This document shows positions 26,879-34,564 of a stretch of DNA of 64,000 nucleotides, piece after piece. The stretch spans positions 4,272 through 68,271 of the forward strand of contig JALHNX010000003.1 in NCBI GenBank assembly GCA_022843305.1, written 5' to 3'. The number at the start of each line of letters is the position of its first letter. Positions within the stretch are counted from its first letter, which is position 1. The position numbers and the translations under genes were made by a program. Origin of the DNA: Pyrinomonadaceae bacterium (GTDB taxonomy: Bacteria; Acidobacteriota; Blastocatellia; Pyrinomonadales; Pyrinomonadaceae). The notes beneath the pieces were generated by a model. That model was not told the DNA's origin. It saw nothing but the letters and a program-made list of their open reading frames with translations, and ran no database searches.

Positions 26879-27442
26879 CTAATCGCTCGAAGTCGCGGCA
26901 TCAACTCCAAAACAAAATCCGTCTTGTGTGCCTTTTCCGCTCAAACAATATTCGCCCGGCGACAGAGTGTTTGCCGGAACGACTTTGAACGAAGATTCGC
27001 CGTATTTGGCGACATTAAATTGAATAGCGTATTGATTGACGGTAGTTTTTGAGCTGATTCCAATTGAACCGACTTTGGCAACCGTTAGTTGACGATAGCC
27101 TTTTTTGGAATCAAACCGAAAAAATTCGATAACGCTCATCGGGTCAATCGCTTGCGAAGCTACGCGCACAACAAACGCTAATTTTTGGTCGGCTTTGAAT
27201 CTGACGTTTGATTTTTCACCTTTAATCCTCAAAAGACTTTCGCCGCCGCCATAACCCAAGGCTTTAATTTTAACTTTTGATTCCGGCGTTTGCCGTTCAA
27301 GCGCAACTAAGTTTCCGTTTTCTTCCAAATTAAAGTAAACGCCGATGTATTCGGGTTCGGTTACGGTTTTCTTTTCTTGCGCCAAGACCGTTTGGCAAAG
27401 CAAAATTACCAAAACAAAAAATGATAGTTTCATAATTTTCAT
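26879..27442 (-). CDS. Secreted hypothetical protein
   Basis: Signal peptide MKLSFFVLVILLCQTVLAQ. It is packed 13-20 nt from both neighbours. No family recognised. Confidence 0.6.
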   Translation of the reverse strand: MKIMKLSFFVLVILLCQTVLAQEKKTVTEPEYIGVYFNLEENGNLVALERQTPESKVKIKALGYGGGESLLRIKGEKSNVRFKADQKLAFVVRVASQAIDPMSVIEFFRFDSKKGYRQLTVAKVGSIGISSKTTVNQYAIQFNVAKYGESSFKVVPANTLSPGEYCLSGKGTQDGFCFGVDAATSSD

Positions 27443-27455
27443 ATTTTTTTCTCCA

Positions 27456-29288
27456 TTACGAACATTGAATTTTAAGAGTTTGCCGCACAGATTGCGGAAC
27501 GGATTTTAGTTCATCGCATTGATAATCGCCGCCTTCGTCCATTCCGACTGATGTCCAAGTATTGCCGTTTTGTTTGAGAAGCCAAGTTCCGCCTTGTCCG
27601 GTAGTCTGCATTTTACTATTCATCGTATTCACACCGATTTCGGCGTAATCGTCGGCAAAACTCTTTATTTGCGACTTTGTTTTTTTAATAATTCGCCCCG
27701 TTTTTATCGCCGCCACATAATTAAAACCTTCCAGCGCAATCCAAACATATACATCTTGCGAACTCGCGCCCTGTTTGGTTTCTTTGACGACAAAAGCAAT
27801 GAGCGATGAGATTTTCTTTTGAAGCGCGGCGGCTTCGGCTCTTTTGATTTGCGCCGGTGTTTGCGGTTTGATTTTTGTGGTTTTCGGCGTAGTTTTGGCA
27901 ACATTCGGTTTTGGCTTCGGTTGAATCCAGCCGAAATATACGCCCACGCCTTCGACAAATTTTTCACGCCCGACGGTATGTTCGCTGAAATCGGCGTTTG
28001 AATAATTTAAAATCATTTCGCGCCGCGTGTCTTTCAGACGTTCCAACAACGAATTATTGTCAACATAAAGCACAACGCCGGTTGAAACTTCGCGGTAAAT
28101 CCCCATCATCCGCCGCCAGACGTTTGCGCCTTCGCGGACATCGTAACCGGCATCGTAAGCGTAATAAAGTCCAACGCGGTCGGCTTGTTCTTCCATATCT
28201 TTGGAAAATTTGCCGGACATCAGTTTATAAGACAGTTGCGCCATTAAAAGTCCCGTATTTTGTCCCAAAACGGACGCACCGATACCAATGAGTGCCGCCC
28301 AACGCGCTTGATCTTGTTGGGCTTCAAAACGTCGGCGGGCGTGTTCATTGGTAACGTGCGCGATTTCGTGTCCGAGAACGAAGGCTAGTTCCGCTTCGCT
28401 TTGCAGACGTTTTAAAAGTCCCGTATGAATAAAAACCGAACCGTCCGAAAATGCTACGGCATTCGGCACATCGTCTTCGAGAACATAAAAACGGAATAAA
28501 ACCCTATTCGGATCTTCTTCGGGCAACATTTTCAAATATTTCGGCACAATCCGCATTCCGATTTTTGTAACGTAAGTGTTAAGTTCCAAATCATCAACTA
28601 CTTTGAAAGTGCGTCCGTTGATTATCACGCCCGCGCCGGTTGTTCCGGGCGGCGGCAAGGTCAAACCTTTTTTGACGGTTTCCAATAATTTTGTTTCAAG
28701 CGGCGTAAAAAGATTCGGGCGAACTTCGCCGGACGTAACTCTAACTACCCGATTTGTCTGCCGAATGCCTTTCAAATCGAGAAGCGAACCGAGCGGAATA
28801 TCTTTGAATGTGTTAAAGGTTTTGCCTTTCCATTCTTTAACTCCGGTCAAAATCGCATTCGGCGCAAGCTCGACTACTCTGCCGTTGACTAACGCCCGCG
28901 GAACTTCAACGCGGTCGAGATAACCGTCAATATTCTCTTTCTGTTCTTCAGGATTCGTTTTTACATTGATTTGAACAGCTTTTAATTGGGTCGTTTCGAT
29001 TTTATCGAGTTCGATTTCAACTTCTATTCCGGCACGAATGTAATCCGCCGTAATCGCTTTGCCTTTGTGATTTTTGAGTTTGGTCTGCCCGCTAATCACA
29101 ATTTCCGCAAAATCCCGATTCGGCAAATTTTTCTCGTCCGTCTGAATAATAAGCCGATTAAATGGCGCGGCAAACTCCAAAACAAAACCGTCCTCAATTT
29201 TTGAAGGCAACTTTTTCTGCGCCGAAACTGATAAATTGACGGCTGCAAACATAAATAGCAGCAATGAAGTTAAATGTTTTTTATTCAT
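27456..29288 (-). CDS. Secreted M48-family zinc metallopeptidase (second paralog)
   Basis: Signal LLLFMFAAVNLSVSAQ. LGHEIAHVTNEH (HExxH) and EEQADRVGLYYAYDAG. N- and C-terminal extra domains of unknown type. Confidence 0.85.
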   Translation of the reverse strand: MNKKHLTSLLLFMFAAVNLSVSAQKKLPSKIEDGFVLEFAAPFNRLIIQTDEKNLPNRDFAEIVISGQTKLKNHKGKAITADYIRAGIEVEIELDKIETTQLKAVQINVKTNPEEQKENIDGYLDRVEVPRALVNGRVVELAPNAILTGVKEWKGKTFNTFKDIPLGSLLDLKGIRQTNRVVRVTSGEVRPNLFTPLETKLLETVKKGLTLPPPGTTGAGVIINGRTFKVVDDLELNTYVTKIGMRIVPKYLKMLPEEDPNRVLFRFYVLEDDVPNAVAFSDGSVFIHTGLLKRLQSEAELAFVLGHEIAHVTNEHARRRFEAQQDQARWAALIGIGASVLGQNTGLLMAQLSYKLMSGKFSKDMEEQADRVGLYYAYDAGYDVREGANVWRRMMGIYREVSTGVVLYVDNNSLLERLKDTRREMILNYSNADFSEHTVGREKFVEGVGVYFGWIQPKPKPNVAKTTPKTTKIKPQTPAQIKRAEAAALQKKISSLIAFVVKETKQGASSQDVYVWIALEGFNYVAAIKTGRIIKKTKSQIKSFADDYAEIGVNTMNSKMQTTGQGGTWLLKQNGNTWTSVGMDEGGDYQCDELKSVPQSVRQTLKIQCS

Positions 29289-29304
29289 ACAGTCCGCAAA
29301 GTAG

Positions 29305-29622
29305 CTATGGTTCCGGAACAGGGTCTAACGTTCCTTTCCTGACACATTTTTTACACGAGTTGATACGGCGATAAGTCAGCACTAACCCGTATCTGATACC
29401 GTGTTTTTGGACGGCTTCAATCGAATATTCGGAGCAAGTCGGGTGATAGCGACATTCAATTTTGCCTTCCAGCATCGGTCGCCCGATATACTGATAAATA
29501 CGCACACCACCAACATAGAACCAACCCGTGATTTGCTTTTCGGGATTACGATAAGTGTCTGCAATTGCCAAAGTTATCAGCAAAAAAAGTACAATTAAAT
29601 ATGTTTCGGGTTTTTTAAGCAT
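29305..29622 (-). CDS. yidD: YidD-family membrane protein insertion efficiency factor-like protein
   Basis: CRYHPTCSEYSIEAVQKHGIRYGLVLTYRRINSC matches the YidD signature. ATG at 29622 overlaps the upstream stop by 8 nt. Confidence 0.8.
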   Translation of the reverse strand: MLKKPETYLIVLFLLITLAIADTYRNPEKQITGWFYVGGVRIYQYIGRPMLEGKIECRYHPTCSEYSIEAVQKHGIRYGLVLTYRRINSCKKCVRKGTLDPVPEP

Positions 29623-30034
29623 TTCCACACGTTGGACATTTAACAATCGATTGAAGCCTTTTATTGTTGCAATGCGGACAATTTATCAAATCACCTTGCG
29701 GGCGGGAATAATAATAAATTGCAAAACCTATCAGCCCGGTAAAGAAAACAAGAAGCATCCACATTACAGAATTATCCAGTCCCCGGGCTTTTGCGTCTTT
29801 AGCAACCCAAACTAAAAGCGCGATGTTAAGCCCGATGACTGCGACAATTGCCACAATCGGCAAAATTATCATCGCCCCTGCCCCTGCGCCGCAAGTTCCG
29901 CAAGCCGCGCAAACCTCGGCATCATTCGGTTGATTCGTTCTGCTTTGAGCAAGCACTGAAACTATTTGCAGCAAAATCATCATTAAAGAAAACGCTGTTT
30001 TTTTTATTTTTTTCACCTTTATTCTTCTCTCCAT
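29615..30034 (-). CDS. Membrane protein with a PLD-nuclease-N-like two-TM module and a C-terminal zinc ribbon
   Basis: Signal/anchor, CAACGTCG, two TM helices flanking WVAKDAKARG, and a C-terminal CPHC...CPTC. Confidence 0.65.
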   Translation of the reverse strand: MERRIKVKKIKKTAFSLMMILLQIVSVLAQSRTNQPNDAEVCAACGTCGAGAGAMIILPIVAIVAVIGLNIALLVWVAKDAKARGLDNSVMWMLLVFFTGLIGFAIYYYSRPQGDLINCPHCNNKRLQSIVKCPTCGNA

Positions 30035-30142
30035 TTTTCAGCTAATTTATAAATACTTTGATTATTATTGTGAGGATGTGAGGTAACAAATGCCTGTGAA
30101 ATAATCCAAGTGCGATTATTTTTGCTATCTGCCGGTTTGTCA

Positions 30143-30415
30143 TTACTTTTGAACCGATTTTCTCAAATCTTGCCAATAACTTCGCTCTCCGATCAAATAA
30201 CTCCAGCCCTCGTTTTTTGAAACAGCCCCGTCCAAAGCCCATTCAAAACTCGAAGACATCATATTTTTCACGGCAGTTTTGTAGTTATTCAAAACATTTT
30301 GCTTTAACTTTGCGAAAAATGTCTGAAAACTTTGGTCTTGAGCATTGGCTAGCAGACTGCCGGCAATGTTCAGCAGAATTACCGTTAATATTGAAATGAT
30401 TTTTATTCGGTTCAT
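30143..30415 (-). CDS. Small secreted hypothetical protein
   Basis: ATG at 30415 gives the signal MNRIKIISILTVILLNIAGSLLANAQ. The longer track start was not used. Confidence 0.55.
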   Translation of the reverse strand: MNRIKIISILTVILLNIAGSLLANAQDQSFQTFFAKLKQNVLNNYKTAVKNMMSSSFEWALDGAVSKNEGWSYLIGERSYWQDLRKSVQK

Positions 30416-30492
30416 TTTTCTCCTTTTGAAGAGTTCGACAAAGTTCTGGAAACAGTTATCGAACTCTTCAAATTTGTGCCGGACAAACCGGC

Positions 30493-30879
30493 TTACCATT
30501 CCTCGTAATGCCAATCACCATTTCCCTTTTGACTCGGTTCGCCGCCCTGATAAATTCTTTCGATTCTTGCGTCAGAAGTCGTGGTTACGGTCAACGGAAT
30601 AGAATCGTTTTTCTTATGGTCAAGCCGAATAACAAAACCTTTTTTTGGAGTTCTGCCGCCGCCCGAATGAAATGTTCCGCTTTTTTGCCATCCGCCCCAT
30701 TTGATATTGACTTTGACATTCTTCGGAACAATTCCGGATGTTTGCCCAAATCGCACAATCACATAAATCTTTCCCTTCTCCGCCGGCGGTGTCCAAGTTT
30801 GCGTATCTGCCCGCACGGTTGTCGGAATCGCCAGCAAACAAAACAATATCCCGAATATCGCAATTAGTTTTCTTTTCAT
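30493..30879 (-). CDS. Small secreted hypothetical protein
   Basis: AGGAG followed by ATG. Signal MKRKLIAIFGILFCLLAIPTTVRA. Confidence 0.6.
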   Translation of the reverse strand: MKRKLIAIFGILFCLLAIPTTVRADTQTWTPPAEKGKIYVIVRFGQTSGIVPKNVKVNIKWGGWQKSGTFHSGGGRTPKKGFVIRLDHKKNDSIPLTVTTTSDARIERIYQGGEPSQKGNGDWHYEEW

Positions 30880-30920
30880 TTTTTCTCCTGATTTTGTTAC
30901 TTTCGCTAATCTTCTTCACT

Positions 30921-31097
30921 TCAACTCGATTTTTCGTATTGTAAATACGATTGTTTCCCAGAACCTTTACAAACCGTGCAGTTGCCCGAACCGCGACATT
31001 TTGAGCAGTTAGTTTTGCCGAGTAATCCGTAAGTTCCGCCTTTTCCGCCGCATTGCGCACAATTTCCCGTGCCTTTGCACCCTTTACATTCAGCCAT
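30921..31097 (-). CDS. 58-aa protein consisting of four DnaJ-type CxxCxGxG zinc-finger repeats (absent from the ORF track)
   Basis: My own translation is MAECKGCKGTGNCAQCGGKGGTYGLLGKTNCSKCRGSGNCTVCKGSGKQSYLQYEKSS*. GAGAGGA lies 5-11 nt upstream of ATG at 31097. The stop is 41 nt before the next gene. Confidence 0.65.
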   Translation of the reverse strand: MAECKGCKGTGNCAQCGGKGGTYGLLGKTNCSKCRGSGNCTVCKGSGKQSYLQYEKSS

Positions 31098-31540
31098 CTT
31101 AATCCTCTCTTTTCGTTTGTTTTCGATAAATGTTGTTTTATCCTGTTCATGCTCTCAATATCCACTCAATTTTTTTATTTTCGCTCAAAATTCTTTGAGA
31201 ACAGTTTTTTAACCGCTTTCGAGCGAAAAATCCTTGATTTTGGTTTGCGCCGGTGTTATGATTTGCGCTGTAAAATATAAAAACCGAGTTCCTTTGGGAT
31301 AAAACCTTTTTCCGTAATTCTGCCCGACGGATTTATTTTGTTTGTATTCGGACAGCGGTGAATTTTTGAATGTTTTATAAACCGCTTTAACTACAAAAAT
31401 TGAATTTTGTTTTGCACTATCTACCGTATCTCCAAATGACATTTTGACAATGAATTTATCTTGAAATTTTCGTGAAATAATCGTGAACCGGCTTTTCATT
31501 TTTACGATTTGCGCTGATTTGCGAAATTCAGGAAAGCATT

Positions 31541-32785
31541 ATGAACAAACTCTCAAAAATTTATACATTCGACGATTTTCAGTTTGATACCGACCGTCTC
31601 GCCCTTTATCACCGCACTAATCTGGTCAAAAACAGCGATAAAAAAACGATGCAGGTGTTGGCGGTTTTATTGCTTAATCCGAACAGATTAACGACGCACG
31701 AAGAGATTATCGAAAAGGTTTGGCAGGATAATCCGCTCGGTGTAACTTCCGGGCATATCGGGCAATACATCAGCCGGCTGCGAAAGATTTTTGCCGAACT
31801 CGCGCCTGAAAAACAATTTATCGAAACGGTCAAAGGACGCGGTTATTCATTTAAGGGCAATATATTTTTAGATGACGCGCAAATTGAAGAGAGTGTTGAA
31901 ACCGCGTTGCCGACTGACGCGGCAAATATTCCCGAATCCGTCCAAATTAGCGGAGAAAAATCCGCTTTGCGTTTCAACCTTCGTCAAGCGACAATCGCTT
32001 TTTCGCTTTTGATCTTGGCTTTACTGACGATTTTCGCGGCTTGGACGCGGTTTGCCAAAAATGATGAAGAAGAAATACGGCGCGTGGTTAAAGAGTCGCA
32101 ATTATACGAGTCGTTGGTGTTATACAAAAATCCGGCAATGTTCGATGAAACGCAGCTGGATAAATATTGGATGGCGGAACTCGACCATACTCTGAACGCC
32201 GACCGCCGCCGCATCCGCGAAGCCGTCAAAAAACTCGACAACGAAGGCAGGCGATACGGCGATGAAACACGATGCGAACAGTTCGAGTTTCAATCTGTCG
32301 AAATCAATCAAAACCGCGATTTTGCCGTTGTCAAAACTCTGGAAAAATGGTTTATTGCCGTCTATTTCAACGATGGAACTCTGCAAAGAAATAAATATGT
32401 CGGTCCTTATTTTGTCAGTTATCTCGTCCGCAAATCGAACGGACGCTGGTTGATTGAAAAATCGAATACGGCGCGGGTTAATCGTCCGATACCGCGGCTG
32501 TCCGGCATCGAAACTCTTTCCGAAATCAAGCCGGAACAGCAGTTTTTCGTTAAACTGAACGGACAGGATTTTGAAGCGGAAACCGTTCACATCGAGATTT
32601 TCGGCGAAGGCTGCCCGGAAAGCAACCCGTGCCGAATTTCAAATATAACCTTGCGGGAAAATTCAAAAATCTCGGAAACATTTTTAGAGAATGTTCCGCT
32701 CACGTTGTCGTCCGGCATTTTCAGAATTACCGTTCGCAACGGCGATTCGCGGGGATCGAATTCGGTTGATCTGGAAGTTCCGTAA
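31541..32785 (+). CDS. CadC/ToxR-like membrane-bound transcriptional regulator (N-terminal OmpR-type winged helix)
   Basis: FDDFQFDTDRLALY...MQVLAVLLLNPNRLTTHEEIIEKVW...YISRLRKIF...ETVKGRGYSF, then the TM helix IAFSLLILALLTIFAAW and an extracytoplasmic domain. Confidence 0.8.
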   Translation: MNKLSKIYTFDDFQFDTDRLALYHRTNLVKNSDKKTMQVLAVLLLNPNRLTTHEEIIEKVWQDNPLGVTSGHIGQYISRLRKIFAELAPEKQFIETVKGRGYSFKGNIFLDDAQIEESVETALPTDAANIPESVQISGEKSALRFNLRQATIAFSLLILALLTIFAAWTRFAKNDEEEIRRVVKESQLYESLVLYKNPAMFDETQLDKYWMAELDHTLNADRRRIREAVKKLDNEGRRYGDETRCEQFEFQSVEINQNRDFAVVKTLEKWFIAVYFNDGTLQRNKYVGPYFVSYLVRKSNGRWLIEKSNTARVNRPIPRLSGIETLSEIKPEQQFFVKLNGQDFEAETVHIEIFGEGCPESNPCRISNITLRENSKISETFLENVPLTLSSGIFRITVRNGDSRGSNSVDLEVP

Positions 32786-32807
32786 ATAGATTTGTGATTT
32801 TTGCTGT

Positions 32808-33056
32808 ATGACAAATGAATTTATCATTTACGAATTTGCCGGTTTGCGCTTTTCTGCATTCGATTCGATTTTGGAAAATACGGCGACGGGAAAAAGAATC
32901 AAACTGTCGCAAACGCATTGTCATTTTCTGCTTGCGGTCGTGCGAAAATCTCCCGAAATTGTCGCGTATAACGATTTGCGTCAAAAAGTTTGGGTGCATT
33001 ACAGAGAAATGTCAGAATCGCTCAAACAGCGGATTTTTCTTCCGCTTTTCTGTTAA
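32808..33056 (+). pseudogene. Truncated winged-helix (CadC-like) fragment
   Basis: 82-aa ORF with [55 protein letters not shown]. It lacks the wing (xGxGY), TM and sensor parts, and lies 22 nt after the full-length paralog. Confidence 0.4.
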
Positions 33057-33093
33057 AATAAAAATATTTCAACTCGTCTTGTCGCCAAAATTT

Positions 33094-34446
33094 ATGAAAA
33101 ATCTATTCCGTTTGACGTTTCTTTTCAGCACGTTGTTAATGTCTTTAAGTTTTGCTTTTGCCCAAAATAAATCTAACGAACCGCTTCCGAAAATGCCGAA
33201 ACTTCTTTCACAGCGCGAGCAGGCGGAGGTGCGCGAGATGTGGCTCGGAAAACGGCTCGACACGCTGCTTTTGCCGATGATGCGAAAGCATAATGTTTCG
33301 ATGTGGATTGTTGTCAACGAAGAATTTAACAGCGATCCGGCGACGGAATATCTGGTGCCTCCGATGCCGATTGTCGGAAGCCGCGATTTTTTTATTTTTG
33401 TTGACACAGGCGAAAAAAAATTGGAAAAGATTGCGATTGTCCGTTATGCCGAAGAACGCCTGAAAAATCATTACGAGATGATAAGCGTTTCGCGTGATAA
33501 ATTGGGCGAAACTCTGCGCTCGACAATTGAGAAATACAATCCGAAAACAATTGCTTTGAACATCGGCGGAACGCGCGGACAGCAAAACGGTCTTTCACAC
33601 GCTTCGTATAAAATGCTGGCGGAAACTTTGGGTGCGGATGCGGAGAAAAAATTCGTTTCGGCGGCAAATTTTCTGACCGAATTTTTCGATACACGCATTG
33701 CGGAAGAACTCGAACATTACCGCACGGCGGTTCTGGTAACGGATATTTTGACGCGCCGTGCATTTTCAAACGAAGTTATTATACCGGGAAAAACAACTGT
33801 CGGCGATGTTCGTTGGTGGTTGATTCAGCAAGTCAATAATTTAGGTTTGACGATTTGGTTTCAGCCCGATTTGCGCGTTCAAAGACAAGCAAAATCAACC
33901 GCTGTGAATCAGCAATTTTTGTCGGTTGCCGATGAATCAACGGTTTTGGAACGCGGCGATTTGATTCACGTTGATTTCGGTTTGAACTATATGGGACTTT
34001 CAACCGATTGGCAGAAACACGCTTATATTCTGAAAAAAGGCGAGCGCGATGCGCCGCAAGGTTTGAAAAACGCGCTAAAAAATACGAATCGTTTGCAAGA
34101 CGTTCTCTTCGGCATTGCGCGTGTCGGAATGACCGGCGCAGAAGTTTACGACGCGACGATGGCGCAGATGAAAAAGGAAAATATCGAAGCGATGATTTAT
34201 TCGCATCCGATCGGCACACACGGACACGGACTCGGTGCTTCGATTGATTTCCGCCGCGCCATCGGCGTTTCGCCCGATAGAATCCGGCTCGATTCATATA
34301 TGTCAATTGAATTGAATACTTCGACTGTTATTCCCGAATGGAACAATCAAAAAGTAACGATTATGGCTGAAGACGATGCGTTTATGACCGAAAAAGGCTA
34401 CGAATTTTTCCGCCCGCGCCAGACCGAATTTTATTTGATCAGGTAA
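33094..34446 (+). CDS. Secreted M24-family metallopeptidase (Xaa-Pro peptidase-like)
   Basis: ATG at 33094 gives the signal [24 protein letters not shown]. Pita-bread motifs [20 protein letters not shown] and MAEDDAF. Confidence 0.85.
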   Translation: MKNLFRLTFLFSTLLMSLSFAFAQNKSNEPLPKMPKLLSQREQAEVREMWLGKRLDTLLLPMMRKHNVSMWIVVNEEFNSDPATEYLVPPMPIVGSRDFFIFVDTGEKKLEKIAIVRYAEERLKNHYEMISVSRDKLGETLRSTIEKYNPKTIALNIGGTRGQQNGLSHASYKMLAETLGADAEKKFVSAANFLTEFFDTRIAEELEHYRTAVLVTDILTRRAFSNEVIIPGKTTVGDVRWWLIQQVNNLGLTIWFQPDLRVQRQAKSTAVNQQFLSVADESTVLERGDLIHVDFGLNYMGLSTDWQKHAYILKKGERDAPQGLKNALKNTNRLQDVLFGIARVGMTGAEVYDATMAQMKKENIEAMIYSHPIGTHGHGLGASIDFRRAIGVSPDRIRLDSYMSIELNTSTVIPEWNNQKVTIMAEDDAFMTEKGYEFFRPRQTEFYLIR

Positions 34447-34447
34447 A

Positions 34448-34560
34448 GGAACGCCGTCATCCTGACGGCTAAGGTCGTGTAAACGACGTATAAAATTTGA
34501 ATATTATAAACGCTTGTATGAACGCTTGGGCGTTCATTGCCGTCAGGATGACGGCGTTCC
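34448..34560. repeat. Palindromic intergenic element, family B copy 1 (22-nt terminal inverted repeats)
   Basis: GGAACGCCGTCATCCTGACGGC (34448-34469) and GCCGTCAGGATGACGGCGTTCC (34539-34560) are perfect complements. Internal small hairpins are present. The second copy is at 45765-45895. Confidence 0.85.
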
Positions 34561-34564
34561 GAAA

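Noticed and set aside
30620-31165. 181-aa ORF in the track spanning two genes on the minus strand
   Set aside because: It overlaps the signal-peptide gene 30493-30879 by 260 nt in another frame. It also covers the 58-aa CxxCxGxG ORF, which has a proper RBS and a recognisable domain. The product of the long ORF has no recognisable features.
31209-31499. 96-aa ORF in the divergent region upstream of the CadC-like regulator
   Set aside because: It has no RBS, no recognisable domain and an AT-rich, Lys/Phe-biased composition typical of promoter regions. It might be real, but I cannot support it.
34448-34560. Moco riboswitch upstream of moeA
   Set aside because: The structured element has a second copy with the same arms in an unrelated convergent gap (45765-45895). 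I could not find the Moco motif's conserved features. It is better explained as a dispersed palindromic repeat.
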